DNA from: an uncultured Candidatus Binatia bacterium
GTDB taxonomy: Bacteria > Desulfobacterota > Binatia > UBA9968 > JAJDTQ01
Assembly: GCA_964291295.2 (NCBI GenBank)
Contig: OZ219754.1
Coordinates: 1,504,001-1,568,000 of the forward strand
Direction of reading: 5' to 3'
DNA length: 64,000 nt
This document shows positions 59,639 to 64,000 of the stretch, piece after piece (the first letter of the stretch is position 1; each line of letters opens with the position of its first letter). Below the pieces are notes generated by a model. It did no database searches and was not told the origin of the DNA. It saw only the letters and a program-made list of their open reading frames with translations. The position numbers were made by a program, and so were the translations under genes.

Positions 59639-60632
59639 TCTTCTGATAAATCTTGTGAGAGCAAGCGTAGCCGGTGAAAAGAACGCTGTGCGTTCTGCGG
59701 TCGAGACAATAATCGCTGAAGAAAAGAACAAACAACACACGGTTCTGGCGGACCGACTCACCCGAGCGATGCAGGCCAGCGGGAACGGCATGAACAAGCA
59801 CCCTTCGGTTTCGGAGAATGCGCACAAGGGACGGGAGTTCATTGCCGAGATCAGGCCCAGGCGAGAACTGGACGATATGGTTCTGTCCGAATCATGCCGC
59901 GCGGCTGTAGGCCAACTGATAGAGGAACAACAGCGGTCCAGCCTGCTACGCGCACACGGTCTTGACCCGCGGCACCGCCTTCTTCTTGTCGGGCCGCCAG
60001 GCAACGGCAAGACCTCGCTGGCCGAAGCAATCGCCGAATCACTGGCAGTGCCGTTCTTCGTGGTCCGCTACGAGGTCATGATTGGCAGTTATCTTGGTGA
60101 AACAGCCAGCCGCCTGAAACGTGTTTTCGACTATGTGCGGACAACGCCGTGTGTACTGTTTTTCGATGAATTCGACGCCGTCGGCAAAGAACGTGGTGAT
60201 ATCCATGAAACCGGGGAAATCAAACGTGTCGTCACATCGCTGTTGATGCACGTCGATGAACTGCCGGGCTATGCGGTCGTCATCGCCGCCACGAACCATT
60301 CCGAACTTCTGGACCGTGCGGTTTGGCGTCGGTTCCAGATTCGTCTGGGGTTGCCCGCGCCGGGTGAAAAGGAATTGACGGAGTATCTCGAAAGGTTTTT
60401 GGCATCGTTCGACCCGCGTCCCGGCATTACGGCTCCCTCCATCGCGAAACGTCTTGGCGCAATCAGCTATGCCGAGGCGGAGGAATTCACACTCGACGTG
60501 CGCCGCCGCGACGTGATGACGAGGAAGGAACGACCCCTGAAGAAAACCATCGAGGAACAACTGAAGCTCTGGCAAGAGCGTGTCCAGCCAATCCGTTCGG
60601 ACGACGCGGAGCAAGGGTTGTCCGATGGCTGA
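59625..60632 (+). CDS. AAA+ ATPase, IetA-like
   Basis: GPPGNGKT, FFDEFDAVGKERGD.HETGEIKRVV, AATNH..LLDRAVWRRF. Confidence 0.88.
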   Translation: MARGDLLINLVRASVAGEKNAVRSAVETIIAEEKNKQHTVLADRLTRAMQASGNGMNKHPSVSENAHKGREFIAEIRPRRELDDMVLSESCRAAVGQLIEEQQRSSLLRAHGLDPRHRLLLVGPPGNGKTSLAEAIAESLAVPFFVVRYEVMIGSYLGETASRLKRVFDYVRTTPCVLFFDEFDAVGKERGDIHETGEIKRVVTSLLMHVDELPGYAVVIAATNHSELLDRAVWRRFQIRLGLPAPGEKELTEYLERFLASFDPRPGITAPSIAKRLGAISYAEAEEFTLDVRRRDVMTRKERPLKKTIEEQLKLWQERVQPIRSDDAEQGLSDG

Positions 60633-63240
60633 ACGTCCCCTTCTGGCGATGCCGCGCCCGGAGCGGCGAGCGCCCCCGGCGGGACGGCCGCCAATGGAAA
60701 AAATCTCCTCAGCCGATGCGAGTCGCCAGGCCGGAAGGCTCGGCCCCAAATTCGAACGGTTGGAGCGGGCGCTCGGGGATCCGGACGCGCTCAGCGAACT
60801 TCGCGACGATCCGTCCGAGATCGTTCCCGAACGCGCGCTCGTTTTCGAGGTCGCCAGTGAATTGGCCGACTTCTACCGGGCGGTGCGAGGCGTTCGGGGC
60901 CTGGAATTCCTCGGCGAGGCCGAAGGTGACGCCGCCCCAGACGAAGACTTTTACGTTCCGAACAAGGACGGCGACCCCCGAGGCGACAAACGGGTTCCTC
61001 GCAGATTCTATTTCACAATCCCGGACCAGACCGCTCTCAGGGAACTGGTGAGCCTATGGCGACGCTTCCAACGCGGCGAAGCACTTGGACGCGGTCGCAC
61101 TGCGTGGCGCGACGTGTTCGGTCATCTGGCGGATGTGCGGCCGTGGGGACCGCAAGACCGCCTGGCCACTGAAGCGGTCGAGGACTGGCGGGAACGGCTG
61201 CAATTCGCGCCTGATGCGCCGATCCGGTTAGAGGTTGAGTTCTGGTATCGCGGCAACGCCGCGCGCCGCGATACAGCCGAAACCACGTTCACGGAGAAGC
61301 TGCGCGAACTGGGTGGCCGGGTGCTTGACCGCGCAGTGATAGGCGACATCCGTTACCATGCCGCTCTGGTCGAGGTGTCGCCCAATGTCATTCGGGATGT
61401 GCTCGACCATCCCGATGTAGGCCTCGTAGCCTTCGAAGACGTGATGATGTTGAGGCCGCAATCCATGGTGTCCGGGCCGGTCGAGGGCGATCTTGAGGAA
61501 GCTGTGGAGGCGGGCGGAGGCGAAGGCGGCGCGGAAGCAGACGTACCGATAGCAGCCTTGCTCGACGGCGTGCCGATGGCACAGCACGACCGCCTCGCGA
61601 ACCGGCTGGTCATAGACGATCCGGACAGTTTCGGGGACGCATATGGCGCGGCGAGGGAACAACAACACGGCACCGCGATGGCGTCGCTGATCCTGCACGG
61701 CGACCTGAACACGCCGGATCCCGAACCGCCGGTCAGGCATCGTCTGTATGTCCGGCCGGTCATGTACCCGCAGCCGGGCGGGTTTGACGGTGTCAGGGAA
61801 GTCATGCCGCCGGACCGTCTCGTCATCGACCTGGTCTGGCGCGTCTTCATTCGCATGTTCGATGGCGAAGGCGGAGAAGATCCGACAGCGCCGACGGTGC
61901 GCATCGTCAATCTGTCCCTCGGCGATGCAAAACGGCGCTTTGCCGGTGTGATAAGTCCGTGGGCGCGCCTGATCGACCACCTCGCTTGGCGGCACAACGT
62001 CCTGATCCTTGTCAGCGCCGGGAACATCACGGAGCGCATGCCGCTTGAGAATGTCGATCAATGGGCAGATTTCGAAAATGCTGACGCCGATGAACGGCAG
62101 GCGACGCTGCTCCGCGCGATACTGCGTCAGCGTGCGAACCGGCGATTGCTCGCGCCTTCAGAAGCCGTCAATGCACTGACGGTCGGTGCCGCTCATAACG
62201 ACCACCTCGCGCCGAACGGACAAGGCGCGATGGCGGTCGATCCGTATGCAAGCCCAGTCCTGCCGAACATGAGTTCGGCGCTGGGGCTGGGCTTCAAACG
62301 CACGATCAAACCGGAGGTCCTTTTTCCTGGCGGCGCGGAACAGGTTCGCGCGAGTTCAACCCATGCGCCGATCGAGGTCGGCCCCGTAACGCCGCCGGCG
62401 AATTTTTTCGGCATCGGCGTGGCCAGTCCTGGACTTGCCGGGCAGACAAACCGCAAGCGCAACATGAGCGGCACAAGCGTCGCGACGGCGCTGGCGACAC
62501 ACAACGCCTTGCGCATCCTCGAAGCGCTGGAAGACCTGCCGGACGATCCTGCGTATCCGGAAGTCGACCGGGCATATCACGCCGTCATCCTCAAGGCGTT
62601 GCTCGTTCACAGCGCCTGCTGGAACAGGGACGCTGCGGACGTCCTCAAGACCATCATCATTGAGAACGGGACACTGCACTGGGAGCATGAGCGGGACGAA
62701 ATCAGCCGCTTTCTCGGCTTCGGCTGCCCGGACATCGAGCGCGTCGTCGATTGCGCCGAGAACCGCGCAACCCTGATCGGCTGGAACACGATCACTTCAA
62801 AGGGAACGGATCGGTTCGCGGTGCCGCTTCCCGCCGAGTTGGAAGGAACGGCCGGATTCCGGGCGCTGTCAGTCACAGTTGCGTGGCTGACGCCTACCAC
62901 GCTTTCGCACCGCATGTACCGCCTTGCGAAGTTCAAGGCCGGTCCCGGCGGCGACAGTAAGTTCTCTATCGGTGCTGGCAACGCGAAGCAACAACCGTCG
63001 CACAACGCCCTCGGCAAGGGCACCGTCTATCATCAGCGCTGGGAAGGCGAAGACGCGGCGGAATTCGTTGATGACGGCAATCTCGTGCTCGATGTTACAT
63101 GCTCACCGGCAGCCGGTGATCTGGACGATCAGATCACCTATGCCGTGGCCGCAACCCTGGAAGTTGGTCAGGATGTCGCCGTATCGGTCTATGAGCGCGT
63201 TCGCGAGCGGCTGCGGGAGATCGTTCGGGTTCGGGCCTGA
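60625..63240 (+). CDS. S8 subtilisin-like serine protease, IetS-like
   Basis: LLDG, HGTAMASL, NLSLG, VSAGN, SGTSVA catalytic motifs; overlaps the ATPase stop. Confidence 0.88.
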   Translation: MAERPLLAMPRPERRAPPAGRPPMEKISSADASRQAGRLGPKFERLERALGDPDALSELRDDPSEIVPERALVFEVASELADFYRAVRGVRGLEFLGEAEGDAAPDEDFYVPNKDGDPRGDKRVPRRFYFTIPDQTALRELVSLWRRFQRGEALGRGRTAWRDVFGHLADVRPWGPQDRLATEAVEDWRERLQFAPDAPIRLEVEFWYRGNAARRDTAETTFTEKLRELGGRVLDRAVIGDIRYHAALVEVSPNVIRDVLDHPDVGLVAFEDVMMLRPQSMVSGPVEGDLEEAVEAGGGEGGAEADVPIAALLDGVPMAQHDRLANRLVIDDPDSFGDAYGAAREQQHGTAMASLILHGDLNTPDPEPPVRHRLYVRPVMYPQPGGFDGVREVMPPDRLVIDLVWRVFIRMFDGEGGEDPTAPTVRIVNLSLGDAKRRFAGVISPWARLIDHLAWRHNVLILVSAGNITERMPLENVDQWADFENADADERQATLLRAILRQRANRRLLAPSEAVNALTVGAAHNDHLAPNGQGAMAVDPYASPVLPNMSSALGLGFKRTIKPEVLFPGGAEQVRASSTHAPIEVGPVTPPANFFGIGVASPGLAGQTNRKRNMSGTSVATALATHNALRILEALEDLPDDPAYPEVDRAYHAVILKALLVHSACWNRDAADVLKTIIIENGTLHWEHERDEISRFLGFGCPDIERVVDCAENRATLIGWNTITSKGTDRFAVPLPAELEGTAGFRALSVTVAWLTPTTLSHRMYRLAKFKAGPGGDSKFSIGAGNAKQQPSHNALGKGTVYHQRWEGEDAAEFVDDGNLVLDVTCSPAAGDLDDQITYAVAATLEVGQDVAVSVYERVRERLREIVRVRA

Positions 63241-63270
63241 TGGGCTCGGCTTCCGCGGCACGGATCGTGG

Positions 63271-63378
63271 CTGAGACTTGGGTCGTGTGGATGGATTTGA
63301 TCAAGGTGAACGCAGCGGCGAGTGCGATGAAGGAGATGAAGTTTGTGCGGTTTTTTCGCAGCGCAGTGGGATGCGCGT
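63271..63378 (-). pseudogene. IS5-family transposase 3' remnant
   Basis: R...RCEKTA / NFISFIALAAAFTLIKSIHTT in shifted frames. Confidence 0.55.
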
Positions 63379-63386
63379 GACCCAGC

Positions 63387-63640
63387 TCAAGGCGCTGAAG
63401 GCCTTCGCCGCACGACAGCGCGACGCCCCTCCCGATACCCTGGCCGCCGCCGTGATGACGATGGCGCGGATCGACGGTCCTATCCATCGCACCCGAGGAC
63501 CACCCCCGGGAACAAAGGTGATCTGGCGTGGACACGCCACCCTCGTTGAATGGTGCATCGGACCCCAACTCATGATGGAGCAGAAAACGTGAAAAAACGG
63601 CCACCCTCATTACACTCGAAACACTTGTGGAGCATGGCAG
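63387..63640 (+). mobile_element. Right-end remnant of the same IS4 family as 32946-35391
   Basis: High similarity to 35136-35391 (LKAFAARQ...TLVEWCIG..LMMEQ; ACTTGTGG.GCATGG end). Confidence 0.85.
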
Positions 63641-63642
63641 CT

Positions 63643-64000
63643 CTAGCCCGCCAGGATCCGGCGGACCCGCCTGGTGATGTCGCCGTCCCGGGTCAGGTCG
63701 CTGATCATGGCGGCGGCGTCCGCTCCGCGGCGCCATGTCTGCGCGGCGTTTTCGGCGGTGATGCCGCCGATGGCAACGATGGGAATACGCACCCGGCGGC
63801 GCACGGACGCCAGCATGGAGAGTCCCCGGGAGGCATGGCCGGTCTCCTTGGTGGCGGTGGGGAAGACGGGGCCGAAACCGATGTAGTCGGCCCCGCCCCG
63901 CTCCGCCGCCTCCGCCTGTTCCAGGCTGTGGGTGGAGACGCCGATCCGCAGGGTGCCCACCAGCGGCCGGGCGGCCTCCAGCGGCAGGTCGTCCTGTCCC
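63643..64000 (-). CDS. thiE: Thiamine-phosphate synthase ThiE, C-terminal part (truncated by window)
   Basis: GQDDLP, IGVSTHS, ADYIGFGPVFPTATK, VAIGGI. Confidence 0.93.
   Translation of the reverse strand, partial: GQDDLPLEAARPLVGTLRIGVSTHSLEQAEAAERGGADYIGFGPVFPTATKETGHASRGLSMLASVRRRVRIPIVAIGGITAENAAQTWRRGADAAAMISDLTRDGDITRRVRRILAG

Overview
GC-rich bacterial chromosome window, a mosaic of housekeeping/catabolic genes and accessory islands. Gene content is reminiscent of Deltaproteobacteria/Binatia-like, possibly host-associated organisms, but this is inference only. Main blocks: (1) 2.3-19.5 kb, a probable defence island with two divergent membrane-anchored operons. Leftward is a TM protein / vWA-like / MotA-ZorA-like / MotB-like operon lacking the usual PG-binding domain. 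Rightward is a wHTH-SF1 helicase-DUF559 / TM coiled-coil repeat / TM-coiled-coil McrB (NxD) / DUF2357 McrC-like / divergent Hsp70 operon. (2) 20-31 kb, aromatic-catabolic and housekeeping genes, including a deiodinase-like selenoprotein split by the ORF caller and an uncalled 71-aa ORF with two in-frame UGA codons (U-Y-E-N-U). (3) 31.2-39.1 kb, an IS graveyard with an rpn gene bracketed by inverted IS630 ends, an intact DUF4338-IS4 transposase, and a frameshifted DUF5131/TcmP pair. (4) 45.5-53.1 kb, four tandem TbpB-barrel surface lipoprotein genes with hypervariable loops and a C22 tract. (5) gltA-aguB-aguA-queF-dnaB, then an ietAS (AAA + S8 protease) island inserted at a CTAG shared by the dnaB and thiE stop codons. 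No CRISPR array, rRNA or tRNA was recognised. All family calls come from motif recognition by eye, not database searches.
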